DNA from: Candidatus Poribacteria bacterium
Lineage (GTDB): Bacteria; Poribacteria; WGA-4E; WGA-3G
Direction: 5' to 3'
NCBI GenBank assembly: GCA_965197475.1
Contig: CBDANF010000003.1
Span: forward strand, 2,400,001-2,464,000
Length of the DNA stretch: 64,000 nucleotides
Part shown: positions 41,823-50,635 of the stretch, in pieces
How positions within the stretch are numbered: position 1 is the stretch's first letter
How the letters are laid out: each line of letters opens with the position of its first letter
Translations under genes and position numbers: made by a program
The notes under the pieces: generated by a model
What the model was told of the DNA's origin: nothing
Databases searched by the model: none
Seen by the model: the letters and a program-made list of their open reading frames with translations, nothing else

Positions 41823-43043
41823 TTAGTTCCTTGTTACGCTAATAATGATAGATGTTATTGTAAGAGCAGTTGAGGACAGAGTGCCGATTAATCCCCAATT
41901 TATCTGAAACCGCTTGTGGACCTCTAAGATATCTCCAGGATAGAGTAAAATCGTGTCTGTGCCAGGTTTAAAAAGATGTTCTATAGTTGTGCCATCCTTG
42001 CGATGGATATGAAACTTCTCTCGGTTCGCTGCTTCCTCTAAACCGCCTGCCAAGGCGATAGTTTTCTGCAACGTCAGGGGACCACGAACGCGGTGTGCTC
42101 CCGGTATGCGAACATATCCAGTAACATAGATAGGCTCCACCTTGAAAGCGTTGGGAATAAACAGCACATCACCATCGGATAGAGAAATTTCTGTCCCGTT
42201 TTTATCAGTTGGTTTCCAAAATTGTTCGGTGACACTTAATTCAGTAAGGGTGCCATCTTTGTCAATCTTTACAAGAGCAGTCATATCAGCTTCTTCAGTG
42301 AATCCGCCTGCTCTTGCTAATGCGTTGGCAATGCTAATTTTTTTGCGGATAAATAGTTTTCCTGGTCCCTTTACTTCTCCTTGAACTTCAATCACACTGA
42401 GCGGCATTACAAACACTAAATCGTTAGCATTTACGCGGATATCCGGATAAGGTTGGTTTTTTAATAAATCGTAAGTTTCAACCTGCGTGGTTGGTTTTTT
42501 TGATGTGGAAGCACTTGATTTAGTCTGTTTTGATGAATCATCTGACTGCGTAGTAGCATTATATCGGATCAATTGGACCTGTTGGACATCAGCGTTTTCA
42601 GTCATTCCACCAGCAAGAGCAATTGCGCGATCTAAATCAATATCAGTTTCTGGAGATATAACGTAGCGACCAGGAGTGGTTACCGCGCCACCGACAAAAA
42701 CACCATTCTCTTTTGATGCTACAGACACCATGATCACAGGATTATTGACAAGTTTCTCGTTCAACAAAAATTCACGAATAACCTTGTTGATCTCTTCAGA
42801 TGTCTTACCTACTACCTCAAGATCACCACCAAAGTAGCTAATTCTACCATCATCGCGCACCTGCACAGAATGTGTGTACTCCGGTTGTCCTATCACAGCT
42901 ATGAGTAGCCTATCTCCCTTTTTGATGTGGTAGACTTCAGCAAAGAGCGTTGTGCTTAATATCAATAATAAGAAAATTGTAGCAGCTTGCAAGCAACGCG
43001 AAGTGATATAGGAAACTTGTAAGCTTCGCAAAAAACTATTCAT
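41823..43043 (-). CDS. Polysaccharide export/SLBB-domain protein (Wza-like)
   Basis: GDRL.I.V.GQPE...VRDDGRIS, three SLBB repeats (AIALAGG, ALARAGG, TIALAGG), C-terminal helix. Confidence 0.88.
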   Translation of the reverse strand: MNSFLRSLQVSYITSRCLQAATIFLLLILSTTLFAEVYHIKKGDRLLIAVIGQPEYTHSVQVRDDGRISYFGGDLEVVGKTSEEINKVIREFLLNEKLVNNPVIMVSVASKENGVFVGGAVTTPGRYVISPETDIDLDRAIALAGGMTENADVQQVQLIRYNATTQSDDSSKQTKSSASTSKKPTTQVETYDLLKNQPYPDIRVNANDLVFVMPLSVIEVQGEVKGPGKLFIRKKISIANALARAGGFTEEADMTALVKIDKDGTLTELSVTEQFWKPTDKNGTEISLSDGDVLFIPNAFKVEPIYVTGYVRIPGAHRVRGPLTLQKTIALAGGLEEAANREKFHIHRKDGTTIEHLFKPGTDTILLYPGDILEVHKRFQINWGLIGTLSSTALTITSIIISVTRN

Positions 43044-43074
43044 ATAGGAAATCCAAAAAATGTTGACATATCTG

Positions 43075-43098
43075 TGTAGGCGCGCTTTGTTAGCGCGC
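43075..43098 (+). repeat. GTAG-type REP-like palindrome
   Basis: tgtaggcgcgctttgttagcgcgc; inverted near-copy at 61384-61407. Confidence 0.65.
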
Positions 43099-43139
43099 TG
43101 TCAATAGTGTTCACGTGATTATGGGTCTTACTATGATGT

Positions 43140-43340
43140 TTAATCATAGTCAAAGAGCGAAAGCTGCCCCTTTTTCGCAGAAATATGTCTACGATTACCG
43201 ATTGGTCTGATCGGCTGTTTTCGCCAATACGGTTTGACGTAAGTACCGTTACAGCGGCGGTATCCGTTAACAAGAATTTTTCCGCTCGTGTCAATATGCG
43301 TTTTCATCGGCTTAAAAAGGTAGATTTGCTTTGCCTTCAT
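43140..43340 (-). CDS. Small basic protein with VxGYxRxxGxYVxP motif and C-terminal QLSLF
   Basis: 66 aa, co-oriented with neighbours, patterned sequence. Confidence 0.6.
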   Translation of the reverse strand: MKAKQIYLFKPMKTHIDTSGKILVNGYRRCNGTYVKPYWRKQPIRPIGNRRHISAKKGQLSLFDYD

Positions 43341-43359
43341 GGCAGCCGACCTGTGAATC

Positions 43360-43707
43360 CTAATCTTCTTTTAGCGAATCGAGATAGGCTTTGAGACAAT
43401 CCCGTGCAAGTTGGACACTATAAGTAGGTACCAGAATATCTCCCCATTCGGATTTTGTAGCGTTTCCTTTTATTCCACCGCAGGCAGGCATCTCATGAGA
43501 TCGCAAATAGACTTCAATTCCATCATCCTCTAACACACTTTTGAGGATAAGTCCGGCGACTTCATTCGGCACAGACTTAACGACGTACCAATCAACCGAT
43601 TCCGGTACTTGGGTCGGTGCTAAGCCAGGAAGAAGGTCTTCCTGACATTTTGGACAGGTTAAGACACCATCTTTATGGTTTGTGTTGCATTCTGGACAAA
43701 ACGGCAT
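43360..43707 (-). CDS. Zinc-ribbon plus DUF2007-like protein
   Basis: MPFCPEC...CPKC; A..LKSVLEDDGI; ILVP...AR; GAGGAGG RBS. Confidence 0.8.
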   Translation of the reverse strand: MPFCPECNTNHKDGVLTCPKCQEDLLPGLAPTQVPESVDWYVVKSVPNEVAGLILKSVLEDDGIEVYLRSHEMPACGGIKGNATKSEWGDILVPTYSVQLARDCLKAYLDSLKED

Positions 43708-43764
43708 AATCTTTTCCTCCTCATAGATTGTGTTAATAATTGTAGTATAACAGATGCGAAAAAA

Positions 43765-44196
43765 TTAATCAAGACAAGGAAATTGCCAAAGTTGTAGCGC
43801 AGTTTTTCCTAACACCCACTCCTTATCTTCCGGTGTAAAGAAATCCATTTCATCACGGACAACAGATAGCGTTTGTGCGTAAGTTGCGCGACTTAAACAG
43901 ACCGGCCAATCTGTGCCCCACATTATTCTGGAACCACCGAAGGCATGATACACTTTCTTAACCTGTTCATGTGTATCAGTCCACGGATACCTTTTCATTG
44001 CGTCTGCAGCATAGCTATTATCCCAAAGATAGTGGATAACCTGAACAAGCACGGTTTTTTCAACGCCGTTCGCTTCCATTAACTCAAGTAACATTTCCGG
44101 CGTTGCATCCTCTTTGGGTGCTCTACGTTCATCACGTCCCCACGGGTACTTTGGATCGTTCTTCCAGACATGAACATGTGGGTCGATAATTCTCAT
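43765..44196 (-). pseudogene. Amidohydrolase_2 gene with large in-frame internal deletion
   Basis: N-terminal IIDPHVH...VLVQ...DNSY joined at KRYP|WTD to C-terminal RIMWGTDWP...LGKTA; 143 aa versus about 280 typical. Confidence 0.8.
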
Positions 44197-44197
44197 A

Positions 44198-45214
44198 TTA
44201 TTGCTCCTTCGGTTTTCTCAAGAATCCGTAAACGCCTAAAGGCAGACAGTAAAGTAGAATAAGGATGTGTAAACTGAACCCCGTAACAGTGGCAATCTCC
44301 ATTGATGTGCCGAAATAATTCAAGAACCATGCAAACGGAAATTCCGTTGTTCCGAAGTTACCGACGGTCTGTATAGGCAAGAGGTTGAACCCGTTTGTAA
44401 ATGCAAGCGCGAAAAGCACTTCTATCAAAGGAATATCAACACCCATTTCGGCAATAAGATAACACTGAAACCCGAAGCGGATTGTGAGACAGAATAAAGA
44501 ATATCCCCAGACTTTCAGAAAGCGTAGATTGAACCGAAACGAGGTGATTTCATCAACGATTGTTACGCATTTGTTGACAAACCATGTAATTGGCGGTTTC
44601 TCCAGACGCAATAGTGGTTTGGCACAATTCTGGGCAAGGGATGCACAAAAATTTGGTGCGACGCACGCCAAAACTATTACCAATATTAGTCCTGATCCGA
44701 TGAGCAATGGCGTTAGGTAAAGCACTGTCCAAGAAAACTTACCACCCAGTTTCGGGAGCAGTAGCGTAGCCGTGGCAACCATCAAAGCGATTAACAACAC
44801 TAAGTCAATGACACTTGCCACCATTAGTGAGGCAATGCCCTGCGTTGCATCAACTTTTTGCCGCCGTTGCATTAGATATACATAAGAAATATCACCTGTC
44901 CGCATCGGTAGAAAATTGCCCCAAAAAGTGTGCAAGGCAAGGATAGGAAATATTTGATACACACTGGAATCTAAACCGAGTAATGTTCGGAACCGCAGTG
45001 TTTTTGCCAACACCAATAGACAATAACAACCGAACCCTATTAAAACCGCTTTAATTGAGAGCCTGCTAAGCGTTTCAGGTATCGCTTTAAGATCAATCTC
45101 TTTTAAAAGGAAAAATGAGATAACAACTGCTAAGCCGGTTGGTAAAGCAATTCTGAGAATCCGCTGGAGTCGCTTTTTGTTCAAAATATCCCTACCGTTG
45201 CGACTGAACATCAA
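44198..45214 (-). CDS. Lysylphosphatidylglycerol synthase TM-region (UPF0104 flippase-like) protein
   Basis: Multiple TM helices; GNFLPMRTGD; LLPIQTVGNFGTTE. Confidence 0.85.
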   Translation of the reverse strand: MMFSRNGRDILNKKRLQRILRIALPTGLAVVISFFLLKEIDLKAIPETLSRLSIKAVLIGFGCYCLLVLAKTLRFRTLLGLDSSVYQIFPILALHTFWGNFLPMRTGDISYVYLMQRRQKVDATQGIASLMVASVIDLVLLIALMVATATLLLPKLGGKFSWTVLYLTPLLIGSGLILVIVLACVAPNFCASLAQNCAKPLLRLEKPPITWFVNKCVTIVDEITSFRFNLRFLKVWGYSLFCLTIRFGFQCYLIAEMGVDIPLIEVLFALAFTNGFNLLPIQTVGNFGTTEFPFAWFLNYFGTSMEIATVTGFSLHILILLYCLPLGVYGFLRKPKEQ

Positions 45215-46061
45215 AATGATCTGAATAAACTTTCACGAGATCCCCTTTTCGAAAACCGGGTACAGCAGTGCCGCATTCCCTCGCTAAGCCTTCATAATCA
45301 ATATGCATCAACTTTTCTAATACACCAGTATTGTTCGCCTTCAAAAGAATCCACTGCTTATTTCGTTCACACTGTCTCTCATTAGCCTCTCTGCGGGAAT
45401 AATCTTGCCATCCTTGACAAGGGACAGCAAAATCAAAACTGTTTTGAAAGACTTTAAGTGCTGCTTGTGTATTGTTATACTGCCATATTTGAAAATCCTG
45501 ATGCCGTATAGGTAATGGTTTATGTTCACGCATATCTTGATGTTTGCTCGGTAAACGTGTCCATATCTGAAACTCAGTATTCACCGAAAATGATTTGCCA
45601 GAATCGAGATGGAAAGCATCTCTCGGCAACGCCAATTTGCTAATAAATCGCATGCTTTTTTCAAGCTGCTTATGGACGATATATTTTCTAAAGTTCACCG
45701 GGACAATAAAAGCGACAATATTCGCCAAAATAGCAGCATGGTTAAAGAAGGCTATCGCCATCTTCCCGCGTTTGCCAAATGGGGGATTGCCGACAATGAC
45801 GGTGCCTGTCGGCGGATATGGAAGGCTGGTAACCTCAAAAAAGTCTTGTGCGATTACATTTCTGCATTTAGGAAAAACGTCTATGCCCAATCTGCGGTGC
45901 TGGGGCAAGCATTTGAAAAACGCACCTGTGCCAGCAGAAGGTTCTACAAAGAACATATCGCTGGCAGTGCGGTTGACAGATGGAAGCGTTTCCAATAAGT
46001 ATTTCCAACACGATGCCGCGACTTCTTGCTTGGTATAAAATGGATTTAATGATCTTTCCAC
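45192..46061 (-). CDS. Amino (likely N6-adenine) DNA methyltransferase-like protein
   Basis: FYT, motif I VEPSAGTGAF, QDFF, motif IV GNPPFG, VAFIVP. Confidence 0.82.
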   Translation of the reverse strand: MERSLNPFYTKQEVAASCWKYLLETLPSVNRTASDMFFVEPSAGTGAFFKCLPQHRRLGIDVFPKCRNVIAQDFFEVTSLPYPPTGTVIVGNPPFGKRGKMAIAFFNHAAILANIVAFIVPVNFRKYIVHKQLEKSMRFISKLALPRDAFHLDSGKSFSVNTEFQIWTRLPSKHQDMREHKPLPIRHQDFQIWQYNNTQAALKVFQNSFDFAVPCQGWQDYSRREANERQCERNKQWILLKANNTGVLEKLMHIDYEGLARECGTAVPGFRKGDLVKVYSDHFDVQSQR

Positions 46062-46089
46062 GATTCAGTTTCCTTGATGAATTGATTTT

Positions 46090-46118
46090 ATCATACTCGC
46101 AAAAGAATAAATTGTCAA
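46090..46118 (-). promoter_or_regulatory. Sigma70 promoter for the MTase operon
   Basis: Minus strand TTGACA-N17-TATGAT, about 30 nt before GTG 46061. Confidence 0.7.
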
Positions 46119-46340
46119 GGAAAAAGGTGGGTTTAGTAGAGATATTCAGTTTTCAAGTTTTTCTAATCCAGAAGCGTGAGATTAAACTTCAAACAGGTTA
46201 AAAGAGGCGCAATGAATTGCGATTAAAAGCGTTTTCCATTAAATGGTACAAGGCAGGGCACAGGGACCCCGCCTTACAATGTTAAGAAGTCTATACCAAG
46301 TACGCGTGAGGCATCACCGGCAATGTCTATGTATTTCTAT

Positions 46341-46460
46341 CAGGACTTACGCAAATTGGGAGAAAAAGGAAGTATTGGACTTAAAAAGTCGTTATTTCGG
46401 TGTTTTTAACCCCTAAGTCCCCTTATCAAGGAGACTTTTGAACCTATTGCGTAAGTCCTA
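46341..46460. mobile_element. CAGGACTTACGCA-family MITE, left arm of the composite element
   Basis: caggacttacgca...tgcgtaagtccta (inner terminal base G>A); inverted homologue of 50493-50634. Confidence 0.88.
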
Positions 46461-46466
46461 TTTAAT

Positions 46467-46495
46467 TTGACTTTTTAGTCAAAACATGGTATTAT
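46467..46495 (+). promoter_or_regulatory. Sigma70 promoter
   Basis: TTGACT-N17-TATTAT, followed by AGGTGG and a mini-ORF MKTETH*. Confidence 0.6.
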
Positions 46496-46698
46496 GCAAT
46501 ATTAAACGGTAGGTGGATTTATGAAAACAGAAACACACTAAATGTGTGAAACATAATATTACATAAAAAGAACCTGCTAGCACAAGTCGTTACTATAGCA
46601 TTTTTTAGCATTTTTTGCGGAATTGTCCTGCTGATTTACGCATTTTTGGCGTTGAGTTATGCTAAATATGCTGATTCGGATCCTGATTCATTTTTTTA

Positions 46699-46727
46699 TT
46701 GCACAAATTTTGTATAATTGCTACAAT
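46699..46727 (+). promoter_or_regulatory. Sigma70 promoter ahead of the long leader
   Basis: TTGCAC-N17-TACAAT with TG extension. Confidence 0.6.
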
Positions 46728-46732
46728 ATATG

Positions 46733-47230
46733 TGACGTTAAAAATTCACGAAGGGCGCGTGGGTTACGTCAGGGCAGCTTCCTAATCTATTTAGGTGCGC
46801 CGCCGGTGCAGACACACCAAGCGACGCTTAGCACTGCCATAGAACCAGTATGACAGTGCTGGTTTCTATTATAGCAGAAAGCCACGCTTTTTGTTAGTTT
46901 AAAGTGGAAACCAGCTCCCTATAGGGACGAGTTGCCTGAAAATTCTTCTCTTTCGTTGACAGATGTGTTTGTCAACCCTTCCTGTAGACTGTCAAGTATA
47001 CACAACCCTGGTGTTATTTTAATTAACAGTCTAAATTTGAAATACACCCATAAATTATTATATATCACAACGAGTAGTAACTTATGCGTTTACATAAGTT
47101 AACAGAAACTTGTTGTTGCTACAGACAAAGCAATAACGATTCCACAGCATTTTGCTGTGGTTGCAACTTAACTACGGTATATTTTTGAATTACTCGGACA
47201 CTCGCCTACCAGGGACGAAAGTGTTTATTT
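46733..47230 (+). ncRNA. Candidate structured 5' leader or ncRNA
   Basis: Dense hairpins and long-range complementarities; no credible ORF; no Rfam family recognised by eye. Confidence 0.4.
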
Positions 47231-47274
47231 ATTCTTATAATTCACCGTAAAAACAGGAGGAAGCAAATTCTGCT

Positions 47275-48579
47275 ATGAAGTTACACAAATTTGGATTAAT
47301 GTGCATCGCGTTACTCGTTCTAATTCACAATGGAGTGGCGCAAGATTTTGAGATACAATATTTTGGGATACACGATCTTAATATATCAGGAATATTAGCA
47401 CCAAGCAGGGAAATTATTGAGACAGTATATGACAACAGAAGCATTGCTATGGGTAAGACAGCTATTACGACTGCAAATAGTAGTGCTGCAATCTTTTCAA
47501 ATCCATCTATTCTCGGTACGTTTTCCGATGGCCACGTCCATGTAGGTGGAAAACTCTTGTACGGAACAACCACGGATGAAGTTCTGAGTGAAAATGAGCG
47601 CGTTGAGTCCTATGAAGCTAGTTACTCACCGTTTCCAAATCGGTCATACCTGGGGTTTGCATTCCCTTATAAGTATGATAACCAATTCAAACTTGTGTTT
47701 GGTCTTGGGTATCAGCGGAATGAGGAACATAGGGGTGAAGTGGAAGCAATCGTGTTGGATGATCAGTGGTCGGACCAAAGGGGTACCATCGTGAAAACGC
47801 GTAAAACAATAACTGGAATCGCACAGACCCGTGGTGCATTGAGCACACTCACTCCAGGAGTCGCGCTTAATATCCATGATAGATATTTCTTTGGTGTAAC
47901 GCTCAATCGGACCGTTGGTGCAATTTTAGAAACGTTGGAATTGAAAAGTTCTAATCAACAAGAAAAAAGAGAGGCAGAGATAGAACAATCGGCTTTGTTC
48001 TTAAGAATTGGTGCTCTGGCTGAGGTAACTCCTGAACTCTCTATTGGGTTGACATACCGCCCAGAATTTGAATGGGAATTTGGAGAGGCTATCACGAAAA
48101 ACTATGTGAACGGTGAACTCGTTGATACGGATAGGGATCAAGACATTCGTGAGTTAACTATACCCGGTATGTGGGGAATCGGTGCGAAATATAAGGTTTC
48201 TCCAAAATTGGTATTAGCTGCGGAATTACAATCACGTCCGTATTCGGAACTTCAATGGAGCAGGGGTATTGAATATCAACAAATTATAGACGACGGGTAC
48301 AATGTTTCCGTTGGGGCAGAATTCCTTGAGCTCGGTTTTCCTATTCGGATTGGTGCATTTCGCGATGTGATTCCGTTCGTAGATGAGAACGACACTAACC
48401 CAATGGGCTTTGCCGGACTCACTGCGGGAATCGGTTCGCGCAGCGGAGAAAACTTCTCTTGGGATGCTTCGGTACTTTGGGGTAGATGGGAGCAAACGGT
48501 CAACGATAATGGCCAAAAATATTCTGAGAATCTCTTCCGTGTCGGTGTTTCTGGCACTTATCACTTCAAAGCGTTTTGA
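47275..48579 (+). CDS. Outer-membrane beta-barrel protein (FadL/PorV-like)
   Basis: Signal peptide; RSIAMG...AIFSNPS.L plug-like motif; amphipathic strands; terminal F; AGGAGG RBS. Confidence 0.75.
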   Translation: MKLHKFGLMCIALLVLIHNGVAQDFEIQYFGIHDLNISGILAPSREIIETVYDNRSIAMGKTAITTANSSAAIFSNPSILGTFSDGHVHVGGKLLYGTTTDEVLSENERVESYEASYSPFPNRSYLGFAFPYKYDNQFKLVFGLGYQRNEEHRGEVEAIVLDDQWSDQRGTIVKTRKTITGIAQTRGALSTLTPGVALNIHDRYFFGVTLNRTVGAILETLELKSSNQQEKREAEIEQSALFLRIGALAEVTPELSIGLTYRPEFEWEFGEAITKNYVNGELVDTDRDQDIRELTIPGMWGIGAKYKVSPKLVLAAELQSRPYSELQWSRGIEYQQIIDDGYNVSVGAEFLELGFPIRIGAFRDVIPFVDENDTNPMGFAGLTAGIGSRSGENFSWDASVLWGRWEQTVNDNGQKYSENLFRVGVSGTYHFKAF

Positions 48580-48656
48580 GGTGTAAGTATTAAAAGTTAA
48601 TGCGAGAGATGTTATCACACTGATAAACATTTTAAAATTTTTATGGAGGATTTAGA

Positions 48657-49712
48657 ATGAAAATTGGGTTGCCTTGGAAAATATCGACAATTATGTTAAT
48701 TCTCTGCTGTTTTTACGGATGCGGCGGTGATGATGGAGAGGATGGTAGTATCTCCGATTCAGGAGTGCAGACTGAGGACATCATTTCGACTATCACAATT
48801 GAGATAGTCAATAGCAAAGAATTAGAAGTAGGGAAAGAGGTGCAATGGCGGCTAAAAGCTGAACCTGCACCTACAACTGATTTAGCGATTTTGCTGGATG
48901 CTGGCGATTGGGTAATCATCCCTAAATCTGAGAATTACTCGAAAACGTTCATTTTTACGTTTTTGAGAAATAGTAACATCAGAGTTGAGCCGCTACCTGT
49001 GATATTTATCGTCGGTGAAGGTTCGGTGTTGGACCTTGACGAACTTCAAAAGTTTTTACCTACTGAGTCAATCGGCGGCACTACAATCCCGGAACACTAT
49101 GATTTCACTACATATAAAGTAGGAGAACCGTCACACATTTCTGTGGAAGTAAAGCGTGCAGCGTTTCTAAGTGCTACCCCCGCAGATGGACATCTCCCAG
49201 CTAACGGTAGTATCACCGTCAGCTTTACTGAGAACCCTGGTGGAGTAACAGCCAGTGTTGGGGATGTTACAGGCTCTGGTAAGACGCGGAAAATCACGGC
49301 ACCCGCTGATGGTTTCCCAATTGGTGCCCTTGCCCTTAATCTTACTTGGGAAAATGGGGGTGCTGATGGACATACGCTAAACTATACTGTCGTTGCCGCA
49401 GATCAAACACCGCCGGAAGTAATCGATAGTGATCCTAAAAACGGTGCTAAAAACTTAAACCCAGACAATGTGTTTGATGACGGTATTACGGTTACCTTCA
49501 GTGAACCTGTCACCGGAGATCTCATGCTAATGGATGGTGATGATGATGTCGGTTGGACATCCGTGGCTGATGGAAATACAATCATCCTCATAGGGAATGC
49601 TGGTCAAGAACTCAGCAACGAAACCGAATACAGAGTTGCTGGTGAAGTTATGGATGATGCTGGTAACGAAACTGAAGTCAGCATCACTTTTGTCACCGAA
49701 GCCAAGGAATGA
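48657..49712 (+). CDS. Lipoprotein with C-terminal Ig-like (SbsA/Big_5-like) domains
   Basis: Lipobox FYG-C; DQTPPEVIDSDPKNGA...ITVTFSEPV...DDAGN...ITFVT. Confidence 0.8.
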   Translation: MKIGLPWKISTIMLILCCFYGCGGDDGEDGSISDSGVQTEDIISTITIEIVNSKELEVGKEVQWRLKAEPAPTTDLAILLDAGDWVIIPKSENYSKTFIFTFLRNSNIRVEPLPVIFIVGEGSVLDLDELQKFLPTESIGGTTIPEHYDFTTYKVGEPSHISVEVKRAAFLSATPADGHLPANGSITVSFTENPGGVTASVGDVTGSGKTRKITAPADGFPIGALALNLTWENGGADGHTLNYTVVAADQTPPEVIDSDPKNGAKNLNPDNVFDDGITVTFSEPVTGDLMLMDGDDDVGWTSVADGNTIILIGNAGQELSNETEYRVAGEVMDDAGNETEVSITFVTEAKE

Positions 49713-49755
49713 TCAAATTCACAATATCTCACTTTATTTTTAGGAGGAAACTAAC

Positions 49756-50361
49756 ATGATACAACGATTCAGCAATTCAATTATCTGCATTGTCATCTTC
49801 GTAACGTTAATCAGTCTCATAATGAGTTGCGGAAGTGATGACGATCAGGTAATTATAACTGAAAACCATCTTCCGATTGCAGTCGGAAACTTTTGGACCT
49901 TCATAGATATAGATCCTGGATACTTCAATGATGATTCAGGATCTATCTTCATCACAGGGACAACAAAGTTGTCCAATGGCAAAACTGCATTCATTGCCGA
50001 GGTAACAGATGAATATGGAAATGATAGAGGTTATCTGTCCCGGGCAGCTAACGATCTTTTGCTGTTCCATAAAGCGTTAAACGATCTTCAAGGAGAGTTG
50101 ATTTATAGCCCACCGATTAAGGTTGGCACAACGTGGCAAGGACGTGAAGGTGAGGCAGAAGTTATAGTTCAAGAAACTGTCAACACACCCGCAGGAATTT
50201 TTCAAAACTGCTTTCGTATCAATGTACGCGTTGTTGATGATAATGACTATTACTCAATCTGGCTTGCCAAAGATGTTGGTCCCGTCAAATTAGCGGTGAT
50301 TGATACTCGAGATGGAGAAATTGAGTCAACCATTGTTCTTGAGAAATTCAACGCAAAATAA
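49756..50361 (+). CDS. Lipoprotein, beta-rich (DUF3108/TapB-like)
   Basis: Lipobox IMS-C; PIAVGNFW, ETVNTPAGIF..C, WLAKDVGPVK. Confidence 0.75.
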   Translation: MIQRFSNSIICIVIFVTLISLIMSCGSDDDQVIITENHLPIAVGNFWTFIDIDPGYFNDDSGSIFITGTTKLSNGKTAFIAEVTDEYGNDRGYLSRAANDLLLFHKALNDLQGELIYSPPIKVGTTWQGREGEAEVIVQETVNTPAGIFQNCFRINVRVVDDNDYYSIWLAKDVGPVKLAVIDTRDGEIESTIVLEKFNAK

Positions 50362-50365
50362 TCTT

Positions 50366-50413
50366 TTGTAAAGCTCAGAGTCTCTTGAGGTTCTGAGCTT
50401 TACAACGTTGTTT
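50366..50413 (+). terminator. Rho-independent terminator-like hairpin
   Basis: 14-bp stem ttgtaaagctcaga / tctgagctttacaa right after the stop, with a T-rich tail. Confidence 0.7.
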
Positions 50414-50492
50414 TGTTAACTCTTGCAAGGTGATGATTTCTCTCAACTTAATCTAAGGGAGATATACAATGCACAAAGTAATCCAATACAGC

Positions 50493-50634
50493 CAGGACTT
50501 ACGCAATAGGTTCAAAAATCCCCTTGATAAAGGGAAGGGTCCCCATAGCGTATGGGGTGAGGGGGTTAAAATACCGAAATAACGACTTTTTAAATCCAAT
50601 ATTTCCTTTTTCTACTCAATTTGTGTAAGTCCTG
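50493..50634. mobile_element. CAGGACTTACGCA-family MITE, right arm of the composite element
   Basis: caggacttacgca...tgtgtaagtcctg. Confidence 0.88.
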
Positions 50635-50635
50635 T

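Larger units (their letters stand above)
46341..50634. mobile_element. Putative MITE-bounded composite transposon (4294 bp)
   Basis: Two inverted MITE copies; TCTAT at 46336-46340 and 50635-50639; inner flanks unrelated. Confidence 0.72.

Noticed and set aside
41332-41873. ORFs of 69-151 aa here and at 17491-17778
   Set aside because: Entirely within MITEs; similarity between them reflects the repeat, and there are no transposase motifs.
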